From Vermamoeba vermiformis (Eukaryota): DNA of 64,000 nucleotides. Under the pieces are notes generated by a model. That model made no database searches. It was not told the origin of the DNA and worked only from the letters and a program-made list of their open reading frames with translations. The position numbers and the translations under genes are program-made. The DNA is taken from positions 186,001 through 250,000 of the forward strand of contig JBEWZL010000126.1 of assembly GCA_045837725.1 (NCBI GenBank). Reading direction: 5' to 3'. Below are positions 49,420 to 60,588 of this stretch, one piece after another. Positions within the stretch are counted from its first letter, which is position 1. Every line of letters starts with the position of its first letter.

Positions 49420-52400
49420 TTATTGTTGGGCTATATTTTTACGACATTGAGCGATGTACGCTTTTATATCGTCCAACGTTGGATCCAGCAGGTAAAGATC
49501 TGATATTTTTTGCTGCTGATCGGCTGATCCAACAGTTTCAGGTAGCATATCGTTTTCAATTAAGAACTTAATCATTTTCACGTTCTTATGCAACACAGCT
49601 ACCCATACAGTTGGTATCAAACGGATATTCAGCTGGTCCGAGTCGGCGAGGTTCCAACAGATGTTCTTTCACGGTAATTTTCTGTTGCAATATGAACTCT
49701 AACGTGCTAACTGCGTCATCATTTGACGATTTCATGCAATATAATGTCAAATTTGATGTGCTATAGTAACTGTCAATGTTCGTTAATGGCTGACGCAACT
49801 TCGGACATGTCAAAATTCTCTTGAACCAATACAATAGCTTTGCCGCTCGTTTATCGTCGGTAAAATCTTTTCTTGTGATACCTTGGGCCACTCTTATTGC
49901 TGTCTTTGATGTGTAGAGCGTGCCCCAGTTCTTCCAAAAGAACTTCATGAACGGCTCCGACGCTCCATCAGTAACGTCATTATCTTCAGTAACACGCTTT
50001 GCTAGTGAGAATAAAGTGTCGAAATATGGTGGTTCGTCAATATCTTCATGGCTCAATATCTGATCGATCAATTCTTTCGGCAGCAGTTTGAAGTAATTAT
50101 CTTCGTTTCCAAACTTCCACGCTGTTTTGACCAATAAGCGCTTCGTATAGTCCTCAGCTTTGATTTTTTTGGCTTCAATTGCTGTGCAGAGCGACGAAAT
50201 CAAGTAAGAACTGTACGACGACAAATTTTGAATGCAATGTTTGATCAAGTCATAAGACACTCCTCTTTCTATCAAGTGGTGACATGTGTCCGGACTAACG
50301 GATCTCTTTCTGTCAATCATAACTCTGATTACATCTTCAGAACACGTGGCTATGATTCGCTTCTCTGAGGTACTTGTACCCGAATATCTTTCAAACGTTA
50401 ATGTAAATTTAAAATAGATGCCTTCTATTTTCGAAAACTTACGTGTCTTCTAAAGGAGCTTTGCGTAGTAGCCACAATAAAATATCTTCATTAATAGTCT
50501 CTCTTGCTGCGCAAGCGCTAATTAAGTTTGGTGAATGATAACTCGCCAAATCCACCTCTAAAATTAACGTATTAGTGATGTGACTTAACAACCAATAACG
50601 TACTATTTGCATCGACGTATTGTTTCAACTTCTCGAAATTGCCTTCGCGGATATATTTGAGCATAAAATGGTTTTGGAGCTGTTTTTGACATCTGTTATT
50701 GGAGATTCCAAATGCAATCTTCTCATCGGGGATATATTTCGAGATATGCTTGTTCATTTTGTTTAACTCGACAATGTTAGTGAAAGCTGTTCGTCCATTC
50801 TGTGACTCTTCGGTTTCCGTTCTTTGCATAGAAATTTCTCCTTTATAATTACTGAACGTGAAGAACGAAACATTGTTTGGTGCATCTAAGCATTAAAAGT
50901 TTTAATTAGTGACATTTACACGTCAAAGCATTCAAAAGTTTTAACGAGTGTAAATTAAAATTCGTTTTCCAGCTCAGCACGTTCAAAATTGGTTGAAGAA
51001 GCGGACGCGCGCAGTCCTCTCGCGGAAAAATGTCCCTCGACGTTTGTTTTCGTTTCCGTCGACCAGTCCGACAACGCCGCGGCAACCCCTGCCGAGAAAA
51101 TGATAAATCATAACGTGCTCGACAGCAAAGTAACATTACCTGCCGCCAAAGCTTTTCTAGTATCATCCTCTATATATCCTACAAACCACGGTTGTTCATC
51201 AAGTGGCAGCTCTAGCGCTTCTTTTGTTATTGCCACGTATTCGTGCGGAAACGTGCCAAACAACTTATCACCCAAACTGGATTTCACGATCAGTTCGTAC
51301 AAATTGTCAGTTGTAAGGTCATCGTAGGTGTACGTCACGCCATTCATCTGAGGTTTCTTTTGCAATAGGAATTTTGTTGTCTTGTTTGCCGAATCTTTCA
51401 CGGTAAGTAATGACACACTCGTTAGGTTTCTTGTCCTGCACCCAAATATTACTCAAGCCTTTAGTGAACAACGGATTGGATCCCAAAGATTTGAAACGGA
51501 GCGGCTCTCCTGCGAAAAAAATTAACGATTGAATTGTAAAAATTGCTAGCAATAATAACAATTATCACCTTGTGGAACGATTATTGTAGCTTGCCTCTTC
51601 TGGCTCTCGTCTGAAAATGCGCTCAATTAATTTATTATAATAATTTGAAAGATCATTAGGCTTACCGAGCATAGTGAGTAGCAATCGTTCCCATAAATAG
51701 ATTGAGGAGTTGAGAACCAGCCAATCGAATCCAATGACCGCGTCGAAATTAAATTTCTTACCAGCTTGAAGAGCTCCGATAACGGCCTATAATACAAATA
51801 TTAATATTAAAAATTCGTGGGAATTACCCAAAGATACATACGGGAGCCGTCTGGACATAGAGCCCACATAGTTTTTCCAAAAGCGGCAATAGAGCTAGGG
51901 TCATGTCGTTCGTTTCCCTCGCATTTGCTCGTCTTAAGGCCATCACACCTGCTTTTTTGGAAGAATCTTTGAAAATGTTTCTGGTGATCTTGGACGAACG
52001 ACGATAGGAAGTCTGGATCTCGGTATTCTACTATTAATGCCAATAACCCTTCATCCTCAATTACTCGTTCCTTGCGATGCTTTTTCTCCGCTTCAATAAC
52101 TGCGAAAAATAGGATTTAAATCAGAATTCCAGACAGATCACGACTTACAAGATACAAAAGCCTCGTATGATCCTCTTTTTGCTAAGTAATGTATTTTCTT
52201 AGTTCTAAATCCTGTAGCTAAACCTGAAGGGGGTCCCACTTCGCATAACAAAAATTAATAAATTATTAAATAATTATAAATAAATCCATTCCAGCTGTTT
52301 TTTTAACATACTATCTGATACATTTCTAATGGCAGCGAAGAAGAAATTATCGTCAAGAAGCTGATTAAATTTTTTGGATGTGTTCTTCAACGCCACAAAC

Positions 52401-52504
52401 CAAACAAATATTGCGTCATCTATTTGATTACGATATCTTCTATCTCTTGTATTATAGCAATACTGAAATATTTGTGTCCAAACGTATAAAGGAACCTCTT
52501 CCAT
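49420..52504 (-). CDS. F-box-like protein, tandem paralog 2; frame breaks present
   Basis: 'VPLYVWTQIF...WFVALKNTSKKFNQLLDDNFF'; shares 'LYELIVKSSL.D.LF.TFPH.YVA.TKEALELPLDEQPWFVG' and 'KTAWKFGNEDNYFKLLPKELIDQILS' with paralog 1; +1 breaks near 51970, 51345 and 49621. Confidence 0.65.
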
Positions 52505-52598
52505 TGCTCGTTATCAATAATTTAATGCTGGTGGTTGATTTTCGAAAAAGACACAAACAGATCGACAGAGGAAGTTTTAGTATTACAAATGAAATTGC

Positions 52599-55500
52599 TT
52601 AATCATCCCAGTTGAAGTCAAAATTCTTCGCCTTTTCATATTTGTCATCATCCGAGTCCGCGCCTAAGTTGAGATCTGCGATATCGATGGGTGCTACATT
52701 GCAAAGGTTAGCCATGTCACTGTATTACCATTTTAGGAAAATTTAACGTACCTTTGCTGTCCTCGGCGGTCTTCGTGAACTCAAAATCGGTAATGTAAGC
52801 ACGCAATTGGTCAACAAACCAATTGACCGTTCCTTCCAACACACGACCTCCAAGGGTAATTTTTGTCTTCAGTGCCACTTCGCGTTCAAATGCATTGAAA
52901 GTGAATACCGCTTCGTTGCCTTCGTAGGAAGTTTCAAGCTAAAAAGAACGCTTAAAACCTATGTCAACGTCTGATCGCGTCAAAAAAAAAACGGATGTAC
53001 TTCCTTGACCCCAAAAAATCAATTTCTCTTGAAAGAAAAGAACATCGAGTTCTCATTTGCAAGTACTATTATTCCGTATAATTATGCTTACGATTTCGTC
53101 CAAGTCAAGCAAGTCTCTGAGATCCAACTTCTTTCTGTTCATCTCGTCCCTGTCGCGCAAGTCAGGCATGATGTCATCATCAGCGCTACCAATCCACGAA
53201 TTCTTAGTCGTTTCTAAAAACGTAGTGGTCCTGGTCTCAAAGTACTCTCTCTCAATGTCAATCGACGATCGTTGGTACACTGATTTATCTTCCACGGCCC
53301 AATTGAACGCTAAAATACACCAAGGATCAGTTTGAGCACCAAATAAATTTACAGTAATGCATGATAATAAGAGTTAAATATTATTATCGTACCAGACATG
53401 CTGCATTTGTTCCATTCAAAACAGAACTCCAAGTTTGAGTTTTCCGCTGAGACACTGCCACCGACCATAACATGATCGCCATCGATTTGTTCAGTGAAAT
53501 TATTCTTTTGTTGGTCGAGAGGCGCTACAAAAGTAAAGCACGAGTCAGAAAGATACACAGCTAATCGCAATTAAGGTACCTTTCAAAGCTCCAATGCTGT
53601 CCGTAACATCTTTAACGTGCCACCCCAATATTTTAGCATCGAACATAGCCAGCAAATCGCGGTGAAGACTTCCGTTCAAAAATTCTTGGATCTTCTGGTC
53701 GAAGAGAGTTTGAAGCACCAAAGCGGCCTGCTGCTTGCCTTGGCCTTCAGTAAGCTTACCACCACTAATAATGCTAGTAGCAAAGTTATAATCGGTGATC
53801 TCTGCCTTGAAACCCGCGATTCCAAAAGTCACATCCGCCTTCGTGGTAGCAGATTCGAACTCGACTGTGAAGTTGACCTTGGCAGAAGGGACTCCAGCTA
53901 AACAAATAACGTAAGAAGCGGTCGAATAGGAAATAGTTATATAGCTACGAATAGACTTACAAGATTTATCTAAGGCCAAAGTATCGCTGGTTGCATCCGC
54001 TTTCGCAGACTTTGAATTTTCCAAAACCAATACGGCTGGTTTCCATATGCATGTCATTAATAAATTCTATTATTAAATGTTAGGTTATGGACTGATAACA
54101 AATAAAATAACTTACTTTGCAAGGGCGTCTGCTCGATAAATATTTCCGACATCAAACCACGAGCACCAGCGTTGCGCGTAAGAAACAGCGAAATAAATTC
54201 CACTCCACGAGTAGCGAGGAGTTTTGAAGCGATGGAATCTGGTTCTTGTCCGGAGCCAAAGCTAAGGTTGCGGATTTTGTTGCCTCCGATCTGGATCTCG
54301 AATCTAACGCTTCCTTTCGCTAAATTTACATTTCCAGCACTGCAAAAAAATATTAGGCATGATTTTGCTTGAATGCTGTCGAGACCTTAAAAAAATCTCA
54401 ATTTATCTCGATCTCTGGCGACCGTTGCAAAATTTTAAAAAATTGCTAAAACTGAACCAATAATGTACTTCGCTACCAAAAAATCAATCATAATAATATT
54501 GGGCTTCTCGGTTAGCGTAGAACTTACAATTTTGTTTTGTCCTTATTGTCCTCGGCAACTCCATCGATGACAGTGAAGTCTCCTTTGTCCGTCTTAATTT
54601 TCTGCACGATGCTCGCTAATACCTCGGCATCAATTTGGTCTTGATCAAAATAGGCTTCGTAGATCGGCTGTGGATTTCCCGTGGCGAAAAGATCAGCTAA
54701 CAGCTTTTGTGCACTCTCCATTGATGCTGCTTTTGTGCTGCTCTTCAATAAATTTAGTGGTCAATGACAATAAAATTACTTAAAGAAAAATGTTGTCGCG
54801 CAGAAATTTACGAAGAATTGCAGATTTTCGCTTCGTGAAACGGACTTGAAGGGTGATTAGAAAAATAACAAAAATAATTTATATCGTCTATATAACGTAC
54901 TTGACGAGTCAGGAGGAGATCTTTTCAGACCTGATCGGCAGATTCGTTCAACGGATCCATGATTTTCCAACGCGAAGGCCTTATTCTACTTTTTTGAGTA
55001 GTACTGCTTTCAATCGCTCGATGAGCTCTTTTTTCGTTGCCTTAGCAGGAATATTGTCAATTCCCTCTTTTTTTAGTAACTCTCGGATCTGCTCGTTTGT
55101 TTGCCCTTCATTATTCAGCACTATCGTATTATACAACTGCACATAAATCTCCTTTGTTTCTTTTTTACGAGCAAACTTCACTCCTTTCTCTTCTAGCGCC
55201 TTTCGCAACTGTTCTTTGGTCATATTATCGGCGCTACTTTCGCCCGACTTTGCATCGGACTTTTCGCCATTTGGAGCCATCTTTGAAGCGCTCGAAGACC
55301 TACTTGGCAGGTCAGACGTATTGACAGGGTTAGGAGATGTGCTCGTGCTCGGGATAGGGCTTGGACTGTCAACTTTTTGGCTGGCTCAGCACGTGCTGAA
55401 TAATCTGTCGTTTGTACAACACGATCAAGTTTTCTTTGGTCTCTTTTTGGTTTGGAAGCTCTTTGGCACCTATTTCTTTCAGTTTATCGAACATTTGTTG

Positions 55501-58300
55501 CTTCGTTAATTTATCCAAATCTTCCTTAACTATTTTAACGTAAATCTCTTCAAGGACTAATTTCTTGGTCTTCACAGGAACATGAACATCGCTCGGGATT
55601 GCCTTTTTTATCTCTACTAGCAACTGCTCTTTTGTCAATTCTTCAGCTGGCTTCTTGATCACGTGCTTCTCGAGACGCTCTTTTAACTGCTGCTTCGTGC
55701 CCGAGACTTCAAGATTTAACTCTCTCAGCTTTGATTTCAACTGTGCAACAGTCATCTCCTATCACTTTGTGTTAATATTGCGCAATATGGTGAAAAGCTT
55801 GGCAAATCTATTATCGTACTTTCTCTTCGGTACCGGCAACCTGAGAAGTCACATCAACGACAGGCGCAGCGGCTAGTTTTATCTTGATGCGTTCTACCAG
55901 TTGTTCTTTCTTGCCGGATAACTTCAGTTCCAACTCTTTGCAACGCTCTCTGAAAAAATAGAGTATGTTAATAACGAAATGTCGAAGGAACAGGAATGGA
56001 CTTGAAAATATCTTACTTTAGCTCAGCTACTGTCAATTGAATCAATTTGTCAATTTCAATGAGATTATCTTTCTTTTTGTACTCTTCTTCGAGGTACTTG
56101 TGCTCTTCAGTCACAATACCGATTTGCTTGCGCACTTCTTCTAATGCCTACGGTTCATTATATCATCAGCCACGAAACTAAAACCTAAAAATTAATCGCA
56201 AATAATATTACCTGTCGCTCTTTGTTATCCATATTTTTGTCGATCATTGCTGTCTTCAAAAACGTTTCATACTTGTCACTCTCGTCTTCAACACCCTCTT
56301 CTAAAGCCTTCTTATAATCATCCAAAGTATATCCTAGTTGCTTCAATATCTCTTCGTGCAACGCGTCGCTAATCTTGTATTTTTGACGGAGCTGTTGGAT
56401 CTCTTTTTCTTCTTGCGGTGAAATTGTGTCGTCTATTAAACAGGCTTTAAGGAACACTTTATACTCTAATTTTTCTTCTAATTTCTAAAAGGGCTGTTAG
56501 CTAAAAGCAACTGAAAAAAAGTTGATTGCGTACTGGATCTGCTTTGCTTGGGCTTATGCTGCCTCTCGAATCGCTCAAATTGAATGAATATGGATTTACA
56601 CGAACTCCCTTTCTGTTTCCTTTCGCTTCTTTCCTTGAAACATACTTCTGTTCTCGGGCTACCAAAAAAAATTGTCAGATTTCGGAGTGATTGGTACATC
56701 AAATAGTATAGTACCTAATTCAGCTTGTCTGAGACGCCTCAAAGCGTTATATACGTCATTTTTCATATTTTGAGTCCAGTTTTCGAAGAAGATTGCTCGA
56801 TCTGGCATCGTTTCGCTATCCAAAACCGGATCGTACCCGAGGAAGAAAGGAAGTGCAGGAACTCTTAAATATTGAATTATATCTTAGAAATTTCTCTTGT
56901 ATTGAGCTCCAAAAGATCTTCTGTTTCTTACCCGTAAAAGCCATTGTTGCTTCGAAGCGCAGACTGAAGCTGATCCGGTGTAACGCCTGTTTGAAGCTGC
57001 AACGAAAGGTAAGTTTTTAAATCTTCATATTTGTAATTTTATACGCTAATTTAGTCCTTAAACGGTGGTAGGATCATTTTTGAATGAAACGGAGGGGAAG
57101 TTAACTTACGTAGTGCGGAGGAATGAGCTGTTCAATCACGTCACTTTTCTTCGAATTAGCTTTCCATTGAATGAGGATAATATTTGTTTCTTTTGAGCCT
57201 GGTCGATCGCGAGTCGTCCACCACGAATGAACGGAAAAAAATGATCGGAGCTACTGGCGAATTAGGCTTGTCAAATAACGAAATAACGTTGCCATATGGA
57301 TCTATTCTAAATATTAAGTCATAATCTTTTTGTTCTTGTGGAGCAAATCCGGTCCTACAAAAATGAGAGAAAAAATGAGTTCAGATTCACGCGATCGCTC
57401 TTTCAAATTCTCGCTTTGTAATTGATATTTCATATTCTTACCAATCTATATGGCGACAATTAAGCCACGCTTGACGTAATTCTTTCGCGCCAAAGCTCGT
57501 GTGTCCAACAGGATCCAAAAAGGATTTATCAAGTTTAGGATAGAGAATCTACCAATTACTTTAGTGCACCAGAAATTTCTTTTACTTATTTTATCTAAAC
57601 ATACCTCATTCATAAATCTTTCAATTAATTTAACGCTTTTTTCGGCATTGAAATCTTCAAGATCAGTCCAGTCAACCTCAATATTATAATTAACCACAAA
57701 AATAAATATTCGACGAAGGATTAATGACTTATAAGCTATTTACCTCGCTCTTGAACATAGTATGGGTTTTAATTAATTGAGTCAATTTGTTGAAGCTTGC
57801 TTTAGCAGCTAAATCGTATTCAAGGGTTAATAATATTACCAAATATTATTATCATATTTATCTGACCATTTTCGCTAATCGCAACTCGATCCGTTCGTGC
57901 ATTTTTCAACCACAGATTCGGAAACAAATCTTTATGGAGCTCTGGAGGAAAATTAGCCTCAGTATGTTGAGTACACCATACCACTGATGTATTAGACATT
58001 TCGTTCGTGGTCACTACTTCGTTGGAAAAAAAGAATTTCGAAGCAGAATTTTGCTCGCAATTTATTCTACAGGGCCTTCCACATGCAGAGTTACAGTCAT
58101 TGACACTGAAGCGGTTCTTATTTTGTCGGAGGTAGTACTTACTAAGAACAAATAAGAATAATTCGCGTTTCGCTATGGGCTGGCGGGCTGCCGTAATCTC
58201 GCTGTCGAGATTAAATTCAAGAGCACGTGCTCGAGCTTTGTATTAGCAACGCCATCAATGTTTAGTGGCGCGTTATAGTCAACCACATGGCAAATTTACG
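52599..58300 (-). CDS. Large multi-exon protein with TerB-like helical repeats and several SAP/Rho-N-like motifs (5' end uncertain; may be two genes)
   Basis: SAP motifs 'LTVAELKERCKELELKLSGKKEQLVERI' and 'MTVAQLKSKLRELNLEVSGTKQQLKERL'; further 'TKEQL...TKE.L' units; TerB-like 'ACLIDDTISPQEEKEIQQLRQKYKIS'; ends 'NFDFNWDD'. Confidence 0.6.
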
Positions 58301-58524
58301 GGCATAGACCAGAAAGGCGAATAAGACAGAAGATTACTTGTAAAGTAAGATCAGTAGTCTTTTTTCTAATTTGATTTACTTAATTTTTTTAAAAAATTGA
58401 ATTAGCAAATAAACGCGATATTAATTCAATTCAGCCATGTTAAAACAAACAATGCTTTAAGATTTTAAAAATCTATTTTAAATGTTTGTATCTCGCTTAC
58501 CATTGATAGAAACAGATTGAGGAG

Positions 58525-59664
58525 ATGGATAATAACATGATGTGGTATGCCGATAATTTTGAAACAATAATTATCGATAACGGGTCAAGCAATATTCGTG
58601 CTGGATTCGCTGGAAATCATCATCAGCCTTCAACGGTCTTTCCTTCAGTAGTTGGACGTCCAAAAGCACCTGATGTATTTGTAGGAATGGGTCAAAAAAA
58701 TGCCTATGTTGGTGACGAAATTGGTCAAGCTGCGAGATACAACTTGGTGGAACGAAATCCGATCGAGAGAGGAATTATCACTAATTGGGACGATATGGAG
58801 AAAATATGGCATCATACATTTTTTAATGAATTAAGGGTCGATCCATCGGAGTATGTAGTGTTATTGATGGAAGCTGGTCTAAATCCAAAAAAGCACCGAG
58901 AAAAAATGACCCAGATCATGTTCGAAACATTCGACGTACCAGCGTTGTATATAACACCAGCAGCAGTACTAGCACTATATGGATATGGTCGTGTTAATGG
59001 CGTCGTATTATCTTCTGGTGGTGGAGTTACTCAAGCGGTACCAGTTTACGACCTACATCCAATACAACATGGCATAACTCAATTAGACATTGGTGGCAAA
59101 GATGTTACGGAAAAATTAATTAAGCTCATTAACGATACTCACAAAATTGATTTCAGTACGAAAAGAGAACGAGAAGAAATTGATTACGTTAAAACAAAAT
59201 GCACTTACGTGGCGCTAGATTACCAACACGAACTCGAAAATTTACCACAAGACTCGCGATATGACGTATTTGATGGACATATCTCCCTCAGAAAGGAAAG
59301 ATTTCAAGCACCAGAGATCTTGTTCGATCCAACACTGTTTGGGCGGGAAACTGGCGGCGTTCACGAATTGATTTTAAATTCAGTAATGAAGTCGGATGAA
59401 AGTATTAGAAAAGAATTATTTGCTAATATAGCACTGGCTGGTGGAAACATTAATATTCCGGGCTTCAAAGACCGCCTTAAAAACGAATTGCAAAGAATAG
59501 TTCCCAAAGAATTCGATTCTAACGTGATTCCAGCGTACAATATGAACAATATAGCGTATCAAGGCGCATCGAGATTAGGCTGCATGGATATATTTCTTCG
59601 CTGGTGCATGAGCAAACAAGAATACCAAGAGATAGGGCCTAGACTCGTGAATTTTACAGTATAA
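58525..59664 (+). CDS. Divergent actin / actin-like protein, intronless
   Basis: 'IIIDNGS...AGFAG', 'VFPSVVGRP', 'GMGQKNAYVGDE', 'WDDMEKIWHHTFFNELRV', 'REKMTQIMFETF', 'ERFQAPEILFDP'; 379 aa, uninterrupted. Confidence 0.93.
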   Translation: MDNNMMWYADNFETIIIDNGSSNIRAGFAGNHHQPSTVFPSVVGRPKAPDVFVGMGQKNAYVGDEIGQAARYNLVERNPIERGIITNWDDMEKIWHHTFFNELRVDPSEYVVLLMEAGLNPKKHREKMTQIMFETFDVPALYITPAAVLALYGYGRVNGVVLSSGGGVTQAVPVYDLHPIQHGITQLDIGGKDVTEKLIKLINDTHKIDFSTKREREEIDYVKTKCTYVALDYQHELENLPQDSRYDVFDGHISLRKERFQAPEILFDPTLFGRETGGVHELILNSVMKSDESIRKELFANIALAGGNINIPGFKDRLKNELQRIVPKEFDSNVIPAYNMNNIAYQGASRLGCMDIFLRWCMSKQEYQEIGPRLVNFTV

Positions 59665-59853
59665 GCCTACTGCAACTCTATTGGTAATGTAAACTTAGTA
59701 TAATTGCCGTCCGAGACACAAGGTCGGTTTTGCAAAAGTAAAAAATGTACAGAAAGAACAAACGCAAATCGTGTGAAAAGTCTTTATTTACAAATTAAAT
59801 AAGAAATATTGTTAGACTCTTTATATGAAAAACTGATGTCGTTAGAAGGGCGA

Positions 59854-60081
59854 CTAATAATAATAGCCCGCGTGGCGTCTGTGATGATGGTGCGAGACAG
59901 ATGCGCCACCTTCTTTAATCTTTTCAGCGACATAATGCGTGCCAGCTCCAACCCGTTCTAAAGAACCATTGTACGGATTTTCAGCTCTATCCTTAGCATT
60001 TTCAGCATTGACGTAGTGGATATCCTCGCGTACTGCGGCATTGTTAGCCTTAACGGCGTGTTTGTAGTGATGATGATTCAT
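59854..60081 (-). CDS. Small hydrophilic protein, Grg1/LEA-like
   Basis: 75 aa Ala/His/Glu-rich ORF with CAA-rich leader. 'AENAKDRAENP...ERVGAG..YVAEKIKE' resembles the fungal Grg1/ccg-1 pattern. Confidence 0.5.
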   Translation of the reverse strand: MNHHHYKHAVKANNAAVREDIHYVNAENAKDRAENPYNGSLERVGAGTHYVAEKIKEGGASVSHHHHRRHAGYYY

Positions 60082-60588
60082 TGTTGTTGATGTTGTTGTG
60101 TTGTTTGTTGTTAATGAATAATAAGGATGTTGTTTTCGCTTTTATGGCTTATCGAAACATAATTTTTAGAGATTTCTTTCGATTGCCACTGAAAAATCGC
60201 TGGATGTGGCTGAAACCGAATCAATAATTGGCACCACCGTGTCGTTTCCGTAAGATTGCTATCGATTTTCGTTAAAAACTGATATCGTTTCGATAAAACA
60301 GCGGAAAAACAGAGTTTCATCGAAAAATCAGTTAAAGATCCAAAAATAGTTGTGCTTGCCGATACGTTTTTGTGTTAGCAATTATTCCTTTTGTAAGATG
60401 AATCTTATCGAAACAATACTAGCATCGATTCCAGTAAAACTCAAGCCCGATCTGAGAAAGCCATTGGGATCGTGAAATAGCGTGCGAAGAATGGTCTTAG
60501 CGCACTGCTTGAGGCTTAGTTAAATAATTTCGATTTATAAAAATGTAACAAAAATAATATGAACATCAGAAGCAAATTACTTTGCCTT

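Noticed and set aside
60082-60112. TGT/TTG microsatellite
   Set aside because: Short and imperfect; an ordinary CAA-rich 5' leader of the small minus-strand gene.
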